Part shown: positions 20,459 to 31,409 of the stretch, piece after piece
How positions within the stretch are numbered: position 1 is the first letter of the stretch
Layout: each line of letters opens with the position of its first letter
Source of the DNA: an uncultured Methanoregulaceae archaeon
GTDB taxonomy: Archaea; Halobacteriota; Methanomicrobia; Methanomicrobiales; Methanospirillaceae
Assembly (NCBI GenBank): GCA_963705255.1
Contig: OY970061.1
Location: forward strand, 1,408,001-1,472,000
Reading direction: 5' to 3'
Length of the DNA: 64,000 bases
Program-made: the position numbers and the translations under genes
The notes under the pieces: model-generated
The model's input: only the letters and a program-made list of their open reading frames with translations
Told to the model about the DNA's origin: nothing
Database searches by the model: none

Positions 20459-21157
20459 ATGGTGGGCCATGACGGGAAAAAAGGAACGGGTGCAGGATGG
20501 CGCCATGTTACCGTAGCCGTGAGGGAGGATATTTTCCTCCCGGCGAATGAAGCCGGTCTCGATATCTCTGATATATGCAACCGTGCACTGGCTGATCTGG
20601 TCGGCGTCGATTACTGCCAGCAGCAGATCAGTAGACAACCGGTCCCGCCGCCGGTCATCATCGCTGCGGAGAGCCCCGTTGCAGGAACGCGGGGTGATGC
20701 TCCGAAAATCACGCCGGTATCCCGGGCTCCGGTCATAAACGCTGACGACCCGTCCGCAGTGACAAAGGCGATGCGATCAAAACGTCAGCCGACAGTTAAA
20801 CCTGCACCGGAAGTACCCGTGCCGCCTGTGCCGGATGCCGGAAAAGATGCCCGGCAGTTGTCCGCGTTGCCAGGTCAGGGTTCGCTGAAAAAAAGTCAGA
20901 AAGGGGTCCCGAAAAAGCGTGAAGCCGGCGGGGCGCTGAAAAAATTTGTCGCCGCAAAAATAGCACGTATCGAGGCTGATGATGCCATCATCTCCAAGGA
21001 TGAATTGTACCAGACGTTCGGCCGCTGGTGCCGTGAGCAGAAGATAACACCGGTCCCTGACCGGAAGGTGGTTTCGGTTGCGCTGAAAAACCAGTTTGCA
21101 CTTCAGGAGAGAACCGCAGACGGTGTCCCGTCCTGGGTGAATATCCGTCTGAAATAA
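20459..21157 (+). CDS. Hypothetical DNA-binding protein (CcdA/RHH-like N-terminus, Pro-rich linker, winged-helix-like C-terminus)
   Basis: VTVAVREDI...LDISDICNRAL; ISKDELYQTFGRWCREQ...WVNIRLK. Confidence 0.6.
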   Translation: MVGHDGKKGTGAGWRHVTVAVREDIFLPANEAGLDISDICNRALADLVGVDYCQQQISRQPVPPPVIIAAESPVAGTRGDAPKITPVSRAPVINADDPSAVTKAMRSKRQPTVKPAPEVPVPPVPDAGKDARQLSALPGQGSLKKSQKGVPKKREAGGALKKFVAAKIARIEADDAIISKDELYQTFGRWCREQKITPVPDRKVVSVALKNQFALQERTADGVPSWVNIRLK

Positions 21158-21217
21158 TATCGTTTTTAACTCTGTAGAAACCTTGTTTTATCGTGTGATT
21201 CGTTTATATCTTTGATG

Positions 21218-21477
21218 GTTATGAGTGTGACCCCTCTCTCAAGTTGAAGAACCCTCCTGGTTCTGAGCGGTTCATCAGAACCTCTAAGACGAGAAGAGTT
21301 CATCAGAACTCTTAGAACTCTTCTCCAGCCTGTTCTTCCCTTCGGGAACCTGAAAGGTTCATCAGAATGTCGAAGGTCGAGCCTTTGCCTCCCTTCTCAT
21401 TCTCGGGATTTGTTAACCCCTCGAACCTTGAAGGAGAGAAGAATTCGTCAGAATTCTTCGAACAGCAGTCTCCCCCA
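21218..21477. repeat. Mosaic palindromic intergenic element, locus 4 (module E rev; module B rev split by module F)
   Basis: 21218-21253 matches the reverse complement of 9723-9760; 21320-21349 plus 21464-21477 rebuild the reverse complement of module B; 21351-21461 matches 44288-44401. Confidence 0.9.
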
Positions 21478-21522
21478 AGAGCACCCATGAGGAAAGCCGA
21501 TGATTTCTCCAGCGCCTCGTTT

Positions 21523-22149
21523 TTATCTTCCGAAGCGGCGTATCCGCGCCTGATAGTCCCGCAGGATCCGCAGGAAATCCACTTTCCGGAAAAATTTCCA
21601 GTTAACATCGGAGAAGAAGAGCTCGGAGTACACCGACTGCCAGATCAGAAAATCGGTCAGGTGATCCCCCCCGCTCTTGATGACAACATCGGGGGTGTAC
21701 TGGAAGGTCAGGCAGGACTCGATGAGCCTTTCGTTGACAGAATCCGGAGGGACATGATCCTTTGCCATTTTCCTGATGCACCCGGTAATCTCTTCCCTGC
21801 CGCTTTTACCAGCGGCAACAACAACTTCCATGCCTGTTCCGGTAATCTCCTCCCTGTCACCGACATGCACGGCGAGATGTGCTATTGTACCGATTTTGCG
21901 GATTTCCTCCAGATACTCAAGGTTTTCAGGAGTGGTTGTAGCAATATGGAAGACAAGGCTGTGGATCCCCGGACAGGGCGGCGAAGTGCACCGGGATACG
22001 TATGACGAAATCTCGTTGCACCACGACGTGACTTTGTAGAGGTTCCCTGGTGCATCGGCCATGTCCTGCCCGCTGATCATGAAGCATACATGCCCGGGGA
22101 GTTCCGTTATCCGTCGCATGAGCATGCGCTCGTAGAGCCAGTAAATCAT
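21523..22149 (-). CDS. cis-prenyltransferase-like non-catalytic (Nus1/NgBR-like) subunit
   Basis: PDVVIKSG, LTDFLIWQSVYSELFF, C-terminal RRFGR; the DGNRR motif is replaced by ISGQD. Confidence 0.8.
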   Translation of the reverse strand: MIYWLYERMLMRRITELPGHVCFMISGQDMADAPGNLYKVTSWCNEISSYVSRCTSPPCPGIHSLVFHIATTTPENLEYLEEIRKIGTIAHLAVHVGDREEITGTGMEVVVAAGKSGREEITGCIRKMAKDHVPPDSVNERLIESCLTFQYTPDVVIKSGGDHLTDFLIWQSVYSELFFSDVNWKFFRKVDFLRILRDYQARIRRFGR

Positions 22150-22426
22150 CTCTACCCACCTATTGACGGTCAAAGGTAAATATCCTTGAGGGTCGGGATA
22201 CCGGCCCGCGCTAGGCCCATCACCCAAACCATAAACGTCATGTCCGGAGGCAGGCAGTGTCCGCTGCATTCGTCTGCCATTGTCCTCGTCCTGTCTGTTT
22301 CCTGCGTATCCCCAAGAACGGCCATTTTCCGGCAACCGGGGGCGAAAATCGCCCATTTTTACCCCGGTTCCCCTGGCCGGTAAATAGGAGCCATTATAAA
22401 CCTTCTGACGAAATAATCACCAGCAA

Positions 22427-23134
22427 ATGTACTCTTATAAGACGGGAATCGCACTCATAGACGAGGTGAGCGGAGGCTTCGACGCAGGGATCAATGTCCT
22501 CATCCTTGCACCAGCTATGAGCTATGCCGATCAACTCGCCTACGCCCTTGCGAAACCGTTGCAGGGTGAGTACGCTATCGTTCTCTCCACCAACGAACGT
22601 GCTGCTGAAGTGATCGACGCGTTCAAGCTCGCCGGTGCAGACAAGAGGTTCACCGGCGTCATTGACGCCATCACAAAAAGCTCGACCCCGGGCATCATGG
22701 ATACCCAGAGAATGATGTTCGTATCAAGTCCTACGGACCTCACGGGGATTGGCATCAAATTTTCCAACATGATCGAGACTATTTTCGAGGGGGATTTTTC
22801 CGAGGGCGAAACGGGCCTCTTTCCTCCGCCAATCAGGTTATGCGTAAATTCAATTTCAACATTACTGATGTACCGCAGGCTTGAGGTCCTGTACCAGTTC
22901 CTTCATGTCCTCATCGCCAAGCTGAAAAAGATCGAGGGGGTCGGCATCTACCTGCTCAACAGCGAATCGTTCGATGACAAGACGCTCTCCCTGATCAAAC
23001 AGCTGATGAACTGCGTCATTGAAGTCAAGCTCGAACATAACATCAGCTACCTGCGGATCCAGGGGATACGCGGCGTCAACGGGGAATGGCGGAAGTTCAC
23101 CATTACCAAAGGCCAGGTGACTCTCCTGGAATGA
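22427..23134 (+). CDS. RAD55/KaiC-like RecA-fold protein with degenerate Walker A
   Basis: KTGIALIDEVSGG, APAMSYAD at the P-loop position, VSSPTDLTGIGI, NSISTLLMY. Confidence 0.75.
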   Translation: MYSYKTGIALIDEVSGGFDAGINVLILAPAMSYADQLAYALAKPLQGEYAIVLSTNERAAEVIDAFKLAGADKRFTGVIDAITKSSTPGIMDTQRMMFVSSPTDLTGIGIKFSNMIETIFEGDFSEGETGLFPPPIRLCVNSISTLLMYRRLEVLYQFLHVLIAKLKKIEGVGIYLLNSESFDDKTLSLIKQLMNCVIEVKLEHNISYLRIQGIRGVNGEWRKFTITKGQVTLLE

Positions 23135-24291
23135 TCTCGACCGGAATAAACGGCCTTGACGAGATGGTCGGTGGAGGAATTCCCAAGAACGGCAGGGTGC
23201 TCTACAGTCTTGACCCGGGTGTCGACGGCCGGCTTTTCATGATCTCGGCACTCTCGTCCGCACTTGCACAAGGGGCGTCCTGCCTCGTGATCCTCCCCCA
23301 CACAACGGTTGAGGCGTTCGGGAATGATGCGGCCCGGATGCATGGCACAGGACTGGACTGTGCGCCAAAACAACCCGTGTTTCTTGATACCTTTGACAGG
23401 GAAAGAATCCAGAGAATCTTCCCTTCGCAGGAGGCAAGAAAACGTGAATGGGTGAGACGAATACAAAAAGTCTGCAGGGACAACCGGGTGGAGGTCATCT
23501 TCGCCTACTTCGACCTCCTCTATGAGGATTTCGGCCTTGAAACCGGCCTGGAAATCCTTGAGTCGGCAAAGGACTCAGGAACGTCAACATTTATTCTCGA
23601 ACTCCTGAATTTTGAGGGTGCGCCGCTTCTGGAACGGTTTGTACGCGAGTTTTCATTTGACCTTGTACTCCGGGCCAGATCGTCGCTCCACCCGCCTCCA
23701 CAGTTCACCTTCTTCACCCTTGTCCATACGTCCTGGTCCCCGCACTATTGCCGTTCCGTCCCGTTCACTATTTCAGAGGGCCGTGTCGTCCCGTACGTCC
23801 CGAAGATCCTGGTGACCGGGCCCCCCGGTTCCGGTAAATCCACGTTTGTCACCAGTGCATGCAGGAACGAAGGACAGGAAGATACCGGAGTAACCTGCAG
23901 GAATGGGAAGAACCAGGAGATCGATTTTTGCTGGCTCCACTGGAATGACTTTGGTATTACCCTATACGGGACACCGGGGCATACCGCGTTTGATCCTCGT
24001 ATCCTGCCTTCGCTCAGGCATGCCATGGGAGTAGTCCTTGTTATCGATGCCACAAGAGCGGGCCTGCTTCCGTGCGCCCGGCAACTCATCGAGAAGCTAG
24101 CGTGCCGGAGGATTCCGTTCGTGGTTGCCGCCAACAAGAGGGATCTGCCCGGCAGCATGGACGAGCAGGAGATCAGGAAGTCCTTCGGGATCCCGACGGA
24201 TATCCCGGTATTTGCGATCTCCGCGATACGAAAACCGGATGTCCGGTTCGTCCTCGAATCGCTTGTGGATTCTATCGCGCAGGTATCCTAG
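23131..24291 (+). CDS. Fusion of degenerate KaiC/RAD55-like domain and small GTPase (MglA/Arf-like)
   Basis: STGINGLDEMVGGGIP N-terminus; C-terminal GPPGSGKST, LYGTPGH, NKRD, ISA. Confidence 0.8.
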   Translation: MISTGINGLDEMVGGGIPKNGRVLYSLDPGVDGRLFMISALSSALAQGASCLVILPHTTVEAFGNDAARMHGTGLDCAPKQPVFLDTFDRERIQRIFPSQEARKREWVRRIQKVCRDNRVEVIFAYFDLLYEDFGLETGLEILESAKDSGTSTFILELLNFEGAPLLERFVREFSFDLVLRARSSLHPPPQFTFFTLVHTSWSPHYCRSVPFTISEGRVVPYVPKILVTGPPGSGKSTFVTSACRNEGQEDTGVTCRNGKNQEIDFCWLHWNDFGITLYGTPGHTAFDPRILPSLRHAMGVVLVIDATRAGLLPCARQLIEKLACRRIPFVVAANKRDLPGSMDEQEIRKSFGIPTDIPVFAISAIRKPDVRFVLESLVDSIAQVS

Positions 24292-24344
24292 AAAAACGGG
24301 GATTGTAGGGGACAAGGGGTGTATCCTGAAATCATGGAGAGGCC

Positions 24345-25095
24345 ATGCTGACCTTCATCGGGCTCGGACTGTACGATAAGAAAGATATCTCGGAAAAAGG
24401 GCTGAACTGCATCAGGAATGCAGACTACGTCTACCTTGAATGCTACACCTCACGGCTCATGGGTTCATCGCGTGAAGATCTCGAACAGTACTGATGGAAA
24501 ACCGGTCCACCCGCTCTATCGTGAGGACGTGGAGCAGCACCCCGATGCGATCCTTGAGCAGTCAGGGAACGGGAACGTGGCGTTTCTCTGTGCCGGGGAC
24601 CCGATGGTATCGACCACCCATGCAGACCTCCGGATCCGGGCTGCAGAGCGGGGGATAAAGACCGGGATCGTACATGCTTCCTCCATCTCCAGTGCGGTCT
24701 GCGACCTCACCGGGCTCCAGAACTACCGGTTCGGCAAGTCCTGCTCCGTCCCGTTCCCGCAGAAGAACTGGTCCCCGACAACAGCAATCGACGTGATCCT
24801 GCAGAACCGGGCGCTCCGGCTGCACACGCTCGTGTACCTCGATATCCAGGATGACCGGTACATGACAGTGCCCGATGCCGTCTCGCTTCTGGAGAGGATG
24901 GCAGAGGAAAAAGAGCTCATGATTCCCCTGTACGTGGGCATTGCACGGGCCGGTTCGGATGAACCGGTCGTCAGGGCCGGACCGGCAGATACGATAACCG
25001 CGACAGATTTTGGCCCGCCGCTCCATATCCTGGTCGTCCCGGGGGACCTGCATGACATGGAACGGGAATACCTTGAGAGGTTTGCAGGGCTATGA
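24345..25095 (+). CDS. dph5: Diphthine synthase Dph5; single-base frameshift near 24493
   Basis: [11 protein letters not shown]...YLECYTS then [34 protein letters not shown]. Confidence 0.92.
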
Positions 25096-25671
25096 AGTCT
25101 CCGGGAATGCCAGGCTCTCCTCTCACGCTCTCTTTCCGTTGCCCGCATCCTCGTCCCTGATGAGAGTTCAATCGGGCGGACTGCAGCGTCCATCCTGATG
25201 ATGGCGGAAGCCTATAAGAGCGACGGGAAAACATTCTTCGACTCCGGTGATCCGGTCAATGCCCTCGCCAGCTACTGGTACGGGTTCGGCTGGCTGCACT
25301 TCGGCGTGGCATACGGGCTGCTGGCTGCCGGTCCGGGAAAAGCGGATTGCCCGTTCTCCGAAGCCTGCGAGATCCTTCCCGCAACACAGGGCGACCGGCT
25401 GAGGGAGAAGACCCTGCGCTACCAGCGACTGCTTGAGACTGCAAGGATATCGGTCCGATGCGCCCCGGACCCTTCAGCCCCGGTATACGAATTTGCCGTA
25501 CGGATCCTCTTTATCGCTGCAGTGTATGCCCACCAGGGTGACGGGTTCCTGCGGAAGGGGCTGCCTGAAGATGCCCTTGCCTGTTTCAGTTACGGCCACG
25601 GCTGGATCGATGCCGCTGTCAGGGCCGGGCTCTTCTCCATCATTGCGGAACGGGAACTCTTCACGATCTGA
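25092..25671 (+). CDS. DUF357-like protein (two domains); probable extra A after the start codon
   Basis: AYKSDG...[13 protein letters not shown] and YAHQG...[14 protein letters not shown]; usual dph5 neighbour. Confidence 0.75.
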
Positions 25672-26256
25672 CCCGGAATTTCCGGAGACGGTTTTCATGA
25701 CCGGACATTGGTATAAACGCGTTTAAAATTCAGTCAACTGTTCCAAATTCCGGTCCTGTTTCCGGACAAAAAAATGTACATTAAACGGTAAAATGGGCAT
25801 TCTTTTCAATTGGCCCTCCTGGTCCTGCTGCGTTGGCGGTTGACGGGATAACTTTAACAGGCTGAAAAAATCAGTCATCAACCGCAGACGTAGCAGGACC
25901 GTTGCTGAGTTGTTGATACGCAACAACCCGGGTAGCTTCATCTGAGGATTTCACCAAAGCCCAAATTCAGTTAATCTGAATTAAAGAAAAGGGCCAGAGG
26001 AAGACCGGGTGGAGAACGCGGAAAAGGAACACCGGGGAGGGAACCGGATTTTCCAGGTCAACGTATCAGTCTTTACCTGGCATGAAGAGACGTTTAATCT
26101 CTCTCAGGGATCAACGCTTATCATACCAGGATATACTGTGAACACCAGGGCATTCGGGTTCGGCAGCCGTCCCTTACGGATCATTGGTTTGATAGGTGAC
26201 CCGCCCCGTCTCCTCAGGAATGGGGGCGGCGAAAGCTTTTCCGGGAGAGAATCTTC

Positions 26257-27375
26257 ATGAGCAAACAGTCCCGGTATTTTTTCTACGGCATCGTTTTTAT
26301 CCTTGTTTTCGCAGCATCATCCCTATATTTCGGGGGTCTTCTCGGTCCAAAAGACCTGGTTATCACTCCGCATATCGATCCCGTTGCCCAGACATCCCCC
26401 CAGCTCGTGGCAAACCATTCCTTTCCCTTCGAAGGTGCCACGCTCGTGGTCACGGTCCCGATCAACAACTCGGTCTACGAGGGAGCCCGACAGGCTGACC
26501 AGAAAATAACTGTGTACGGGAATGTTTCAGAGAACACCTGGCTTGCCGACAGTTATCGTGCCATGATAACTGACCCTGCACAGGATGATTTCTACCGTGA
26601 CCTCACCGGGGAGCTCAACAAGATCCGGGTGAATAACGGTCTCTCCGATGATGAATACCTTGAACTGATGGCAGTCTACGTCCAGTCTCTGCAGTATGAG
26701 GTAAATACGGATACTCCCGCCAGGTACCCCATCGAGACGGTCATGGACGGTGCCGGTGACTGCGAGGATAAGACCTCCTTCTCGCCGCCCTGCTCTCACA
26801 CGAAGGCTACCGGGTCGCTCTCTTCTCGTTTGGTCCGGAGGATCACATGGCCGTAGGTGTCGGGTCGGACAGACTCCCTCTACAAGAACACCGGGTACGC
26901 GTTCGTCGAGACGACCGTCTACTCTTATGTAGGCGTCCCGACAACAACCCTTGCAGGAGGAGTGGTACTCCGGTCCGATCCACTCGTGATACCCATCGGT
27001 GATGGCACAAAAGAGTACACGAGTGGAAACGAGACCAGATTTCTTGAAGACTCTGTAACCCTCACTGAGAAACGGATCGAAGAGCTGGAGCCGCAGTTGA
27101 ATGCCAGCGCACAGGACCTCAATGCAAAACAAGCGAGGATCGGCAGCCTTGAGGCCCAGATGACATCGATGAGAAATGGCGGAGACCTCCGGGGATATAA
27201 TTCACAGGTATCGGCCCACGACGCGCTTGTGACAGCCTACAACACAGAACTTGCCGGCTACCGGCAGACCCTTGCCCTGTACCAAAACTATGTGCAGATC
27301 CACAACTATATCGTATTGAATGCCTTCGACCGAAAGGGGGTGTACCAGTACGCGAAACAGAATCTGGTAACGTAA
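26257..27375 (+). CDS. Membrane-anchored transglutaminase-like protein with C-terminal coiled coil; frameshift(s) near 26780-26860
   Basis: N-terminal TM, YVQSLQY, RYPIETV, GDCEDK, YAFVETT. Confidence 0.7.
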
Positions 27376-27687
27376 ATTTCCCGGCCTTGGAGATGCAGAT
27401 TATCCGAAGACATATGCCTGCAGAATGAGGAATCACAGGATTCATGCTCCTTTTTCATGCCTGTTCTTCAATGTGAATAAAGAAACAGGTATGCTGGACC
27501 GCCCGGGCCGGTTGCCGATGTGAAACAGAACGGGAGGACGATCGGCCTTTTTCGCCCAACACCTCAGGACCGATCCGGGCTATCAGGTGTTCATGGTTCC
27601 GGTTAAAGGTCAATACCGGTTCTGCAAAGCCAAAAGGTTCATGAACTTCTATAGAAAAATTTTCTCATTAGTGCTAAAGGGTAATCC

Positions 27688-28587
27688 ATGAAAAAACTTA
27701 TTGCAAGTGCCATTATCTTCATGCTGTTCTGTGTCACTGCCGCGTGGGCCGCCCCTGTCGGCATGGCGGCAGGAGGTAGTTACCTGCAGGATAACCAGCA
27801 GGGACACGGAATCATGGCTGATGTTCATGATGTGGTTGTTCCTTCTGATACCATCCGGGAACAACGCCATGATATTCGTGAAAACCTGACGATGGGACAT
27901 GAAGGTGTCCAGGATCAGCGGCAGGCTCTGCAGCAGGATCTCCAGGAGAATCGTGAGGCTTTCAGAAACAATGATACAACGATGAATGAGGCGCGGGAGA
28001 ACCTGTACGAAAACCTGACCGCCGGCTATGAGGCCATACAGCAGGAGCACCAGGGCATGCTGGCATACGTCCACCAGAGCGGGATCGCGATCGCCGACAA
28101 TGTGACGGCCCTGAGAGCGCAGATCCAGGCCGAACGTCAGACCGATCAGGCGCAGATTGCCAATCTTACGGCTGTGCAGAGGGAGCATCTCATGAACGGG
28201 TATGATGTCCAGATCGCCGCTCATTCACTGATGGCAATGGAGAACCTTACCGGGGAGATCGGCCCGCGGGTTGTCGGGATCGCGGAGGAGATCAATGCAT
28301 CGGAGAGTAACATCACGCCTCTCGAACAGCGGATTGAGAACGGAAATTCCCTTTTCCGGTTTATGTTTGGTGGCGACAAGGCGGCCGCGAACCAGATTGA
28401 TGATCAGGTTGCACTAAACCAGCAGAGGATCCAGACTCTCGAACAGCTGATGCAGAATTCCACCCTGCAACCCGATGTCGAGCAGGCAATGCAGGAACAG
28501 ATCACGGTGCTGCAGCAGGAGCAGGACCGGCTTGCAAATCTTACTGCCACAGAACGAAATACCACCGGGTTGTTCTGGTGGATTTGA
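27688..28587 (+). CDS. Secreted coiled-coil protein
   Basis: Signal peptide MKKLIASAIIFMLFCVTAAWA, Q/E-rich helices, FMFGGD, GLFWWI end. Confidence 0.7.
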   Translation: MKKLIASAIIFMLFCVTAAWAAPVGMAAGGSYLQDNQQGHGIMADVHDVVVPSDTIREQRHDIRENLTMGHEGVQDQRQALQQDLQENREAFRNNDTTMNEARENLYENLTAGYEAIQQEHQGMLAYVHQSGIAIADNVTALRAQIQAERQTDQAQIANLTAVQREHLMNGYDVQIAAHSLMAMENLTGEIGPRVVGIAEEINASESNITPLEQRIENGNSLFRFMFGGDKAAANQIDDQVALNQQRIQTLEQLMQNSTLQPDVEQAMQEQITVLQQEQDRLANLTATERNTTGLFWWI

Positions 28588-28888
28588 GGATACATTTAAT
28601 TTTTTGGGTTCAGTTCCTGTCTGTTACCATAGCTTCGTGAATTGGTCCATAGCGAAGTATCTTTTCCAAAGTCCCGTCATCGTATCAGAACCATGTGCGG
28701 GGTTCCGGTGCATCGTTAAGGACTCTCATATCGTCTTCCAAAATAGTTCCTGAAGAACCCCGTCCGTTCTGAAACCCCGGGCAGCAGGTTCTCAGGGTTC
28801 CGTGCCATGCCACGACAACGCACCTGAATCGCATATACCAAGGTTATTCATTGTTAAAAAAATAAAATTACACGATAACAGGATTGCT

Positions 28889-29970
28889 ATGATCTCCGTA
28901 TTATACGTAGATGACGATACTGCTCTCCTCATAAGTTGCAAACTTTTCCTTGAGCGGCGGGGTGAATTTTCGGTAAGTACAGAATCCTCACCCGGAAAAG
29001 CGCTGGATACTTTAAGGAGTGGAGGTTATGATGCGGTTGTCTCCGATTACCAGATGCCGGAGATGGACGGCATCGAATTCTTACAACGGCTCCGGAAAGA
29101 ACACCCGGCGCTCCCGTTCATCATTTTCACGGGGAAAGGACGGGAAGAGATCGCAATTGCGGCATTTGAGAACGGTGCTGATTTCTATATCCAGAAAGGC
29201 GGCGATCCGGTTGCCCGGTTCGCCGAACTCTCCCATAAAATCCGGAAATCCGTAGAACAACGTAAGGCCATGGAGGATGAATTCCGGAAGAAGAACGCCG
29301 AAGAGGCGCTCCGGATGACGAACAGGAAGCTGCACTCCTCTTCAGTATCACCCGTCACGATATCCGGAACCAGGTTCTTGCGCTCCGGAGTGCTCTCGAT
29401 CTCATCGATACCGATCCCTTGGATCTGGATACGCGGAAATTAATCGGTATCGCTTTAAAAGCCGCGGAAACGATCGATGGTCAGATCGGGTTTACGAAGG
29501 AGTACGAGCGCCTTGGCGTCAAAGAACCCCGATGGCAGAACATCAGAGAGGTCTTCCGGCATGCGACGCACAACTTCCTGATGTGCGATATTTCCCTTGA
29601 TCTGCCGGCAGACGGGTACGAAATATTTGCGGATCCGCTCCTTGAGAAAGTATTCTACAACCTGCTTGACAATGCACTCCGGCATGGCGGCGATGTGACC
29701 CGCATCAGCCTGTCCTGCCGTGAGATGGATGGCGGTCTCAAGATCTTCATGCAGGATAACGGCCAGGGTGTACCAGATGAGAATAAACTGCTTATCTTCG
29801 AACAGAACTTCGGCAGGAATACCGGGCTCGGGCTCTTCCTCTCCCGGGAAATCCTCTCAATAACAGGGATCTCCATTGCGGAAACGGGCAGATTCGGGGA
29901 CGGGGCACAGTTCGAGTTCACCGTGCCGAAAGGAACCTATAAATTTACCGGTTCTGGCGCACCTTCGTAG
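28889..29970 (+). CDS. Receiver-domain histidine kinase; frameshift near 29335
   Basis: SVLYVDDD, SDYQMPEMDG, FTGKGREE; ITRHDIRNQ; ADPLLEKVFYNLLDNALRHG, GLGLFL. Confidence 0.85.
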
Positions 29971-30223
29971 TGTTACCGCATATTCTCCATCGCAGACTCC
30001 ATCACAACGTCACGACAACACACAAGAACAGTTCTCCCCGTTTCAAACAGTGACATTGGAAAGATCCCCCCTCTGGCATAAAAAAGCGATATAAGGCCAG
30101 ACAAAAACCCGCAAAACGTACCACAAAGACAAATGGTCGTATCAAAAAAAGAGAATGAACCGGACGATACCACAAGACTCCGGGAGAAATGCCCGAAGAT
30201 CACATTCACAGGAATTGTTTCCA

Positions 30224-31409
30224 CTATCCGAAATACCTGATGAGAGCAAGAACCGCTATCACGAGTATGATCGGTGAATGGGCGGTGGCATCAGTGAAAT
30301 GAAATGCCAGTGGGGCGACGCCTGCCGTCAGGTCTGCGGTGAATAAGGCGACCAGAAGTGAGGGGAAAAATTCCCGGATCCGGTTGTACCTCTAACCAGC
30401 GACATAGATATAATTGTTCGCGTTCACCGAAATACCACCGGTATTCTCGAACTGGCCGTTGCCAATACCTCCGGCACCCCACTGCGTCACATACGTTCCG
30501 TCCGGTGTGAACACCTGGACCCGGTTGTTTCCCCAGTCAGCGACATAGACATTGCCGTCAGCGTCCACGGATATGCCCCCGGGATTTTCGAACTGGCCAT
30601 TGCCGGTACCCCCGGCACCCCACTGCGTCACATACGTTCCGTCCGGTGTGAACACCTGGACCCGGTTGTTTCCCCAGTCAACGACATAGACAGAGCCGCT
30701 CGCGTTCACCGCTATTCCATCAGGATACCAGAACCGGCCGTTGGCAGTACCGCCAGAACCCCACTGCGTCACATACGTTCCGTCTGGCGTGAACACCTGG
30801 ACCCGGTGATTAAAGGTATCAGCGACATAGACAGAGCCGCTCGCGTTCACCCCTATGCCCTGAGGATACAGGAACTGGCCGTTGCCAATACCTCCGGCAC
30901 CCCACTGCGTCACATACGTCCCGTCTGGTGTGAACACCTGGACCCGGTGATTGTAGGTATCAGCGACATAGACAGAGCCGCTTGCATTCACCGCTATCCC
31001 ATCAGGATACAGGAACTGGTTGTTGCCAATACCGCCCGCACCCCATTGCGTCACGTACGTCCCGTTTGACATGAACTCCCCGATCCGGTTATTCCCGGTG
31101 TCAACGACATAGACAGAGCCACTTGCATTCACCGCAATGCCCTCAGGATACTGGAACCGGCCTTTGCCAACACCGACACCGCCCCACTGCGTCACGTACG
31201 TCCCGTCTGGCGTGAACTTCCATACACTGTTGGTGTACCCGTCCGTTGCATAGACAAAGCCTGCGCTGTCCACGGCAACAGAGGTGGGGTGCACCCCGGA
31301 CAGGGAGGGAATCGCCGGCTGGGATGCAGGTGACATGTCTGCTGATACGAACCCGCCCACTAGGGCGGATGCAAGCAGGAAGCTGAAAAAGGGTAAGGAG
31401 GCCTTTCAT
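30224..31409 (-). CDS. Secreted NHL-repeat beta-propeller protein; extra T in the signal peptide, in-frame TAG at 30392-30394, then a partial PKD-like segment and hydrophobic tail
   Basis: 47-aa repeats PxGIAVNASGSVYVADTxNHRVQVFTPDGTYVTQWG; frame stays open past the TAG to 30224. Confidence 0.75.
30400..31290. repeat. Tandem 141-nt NHL coding repeats
   Basis: CCCCACTGCGTCACATACGTTCCGTC recurs with 141-nt period (e.g. 30477, 30618). Confidence 0.9.

Noticed and set aside
25723-26260. Short ORFs in the gap after the DUF357 gene
   Set aside because: No motifs or RBS support.
28751-28800. TGAAGAACCCCGTCCGTTCTGA as a sixth repeat locus
   Set aside because: Only weakly similar to 21245-21266 and lacks the TCTTCGA end.
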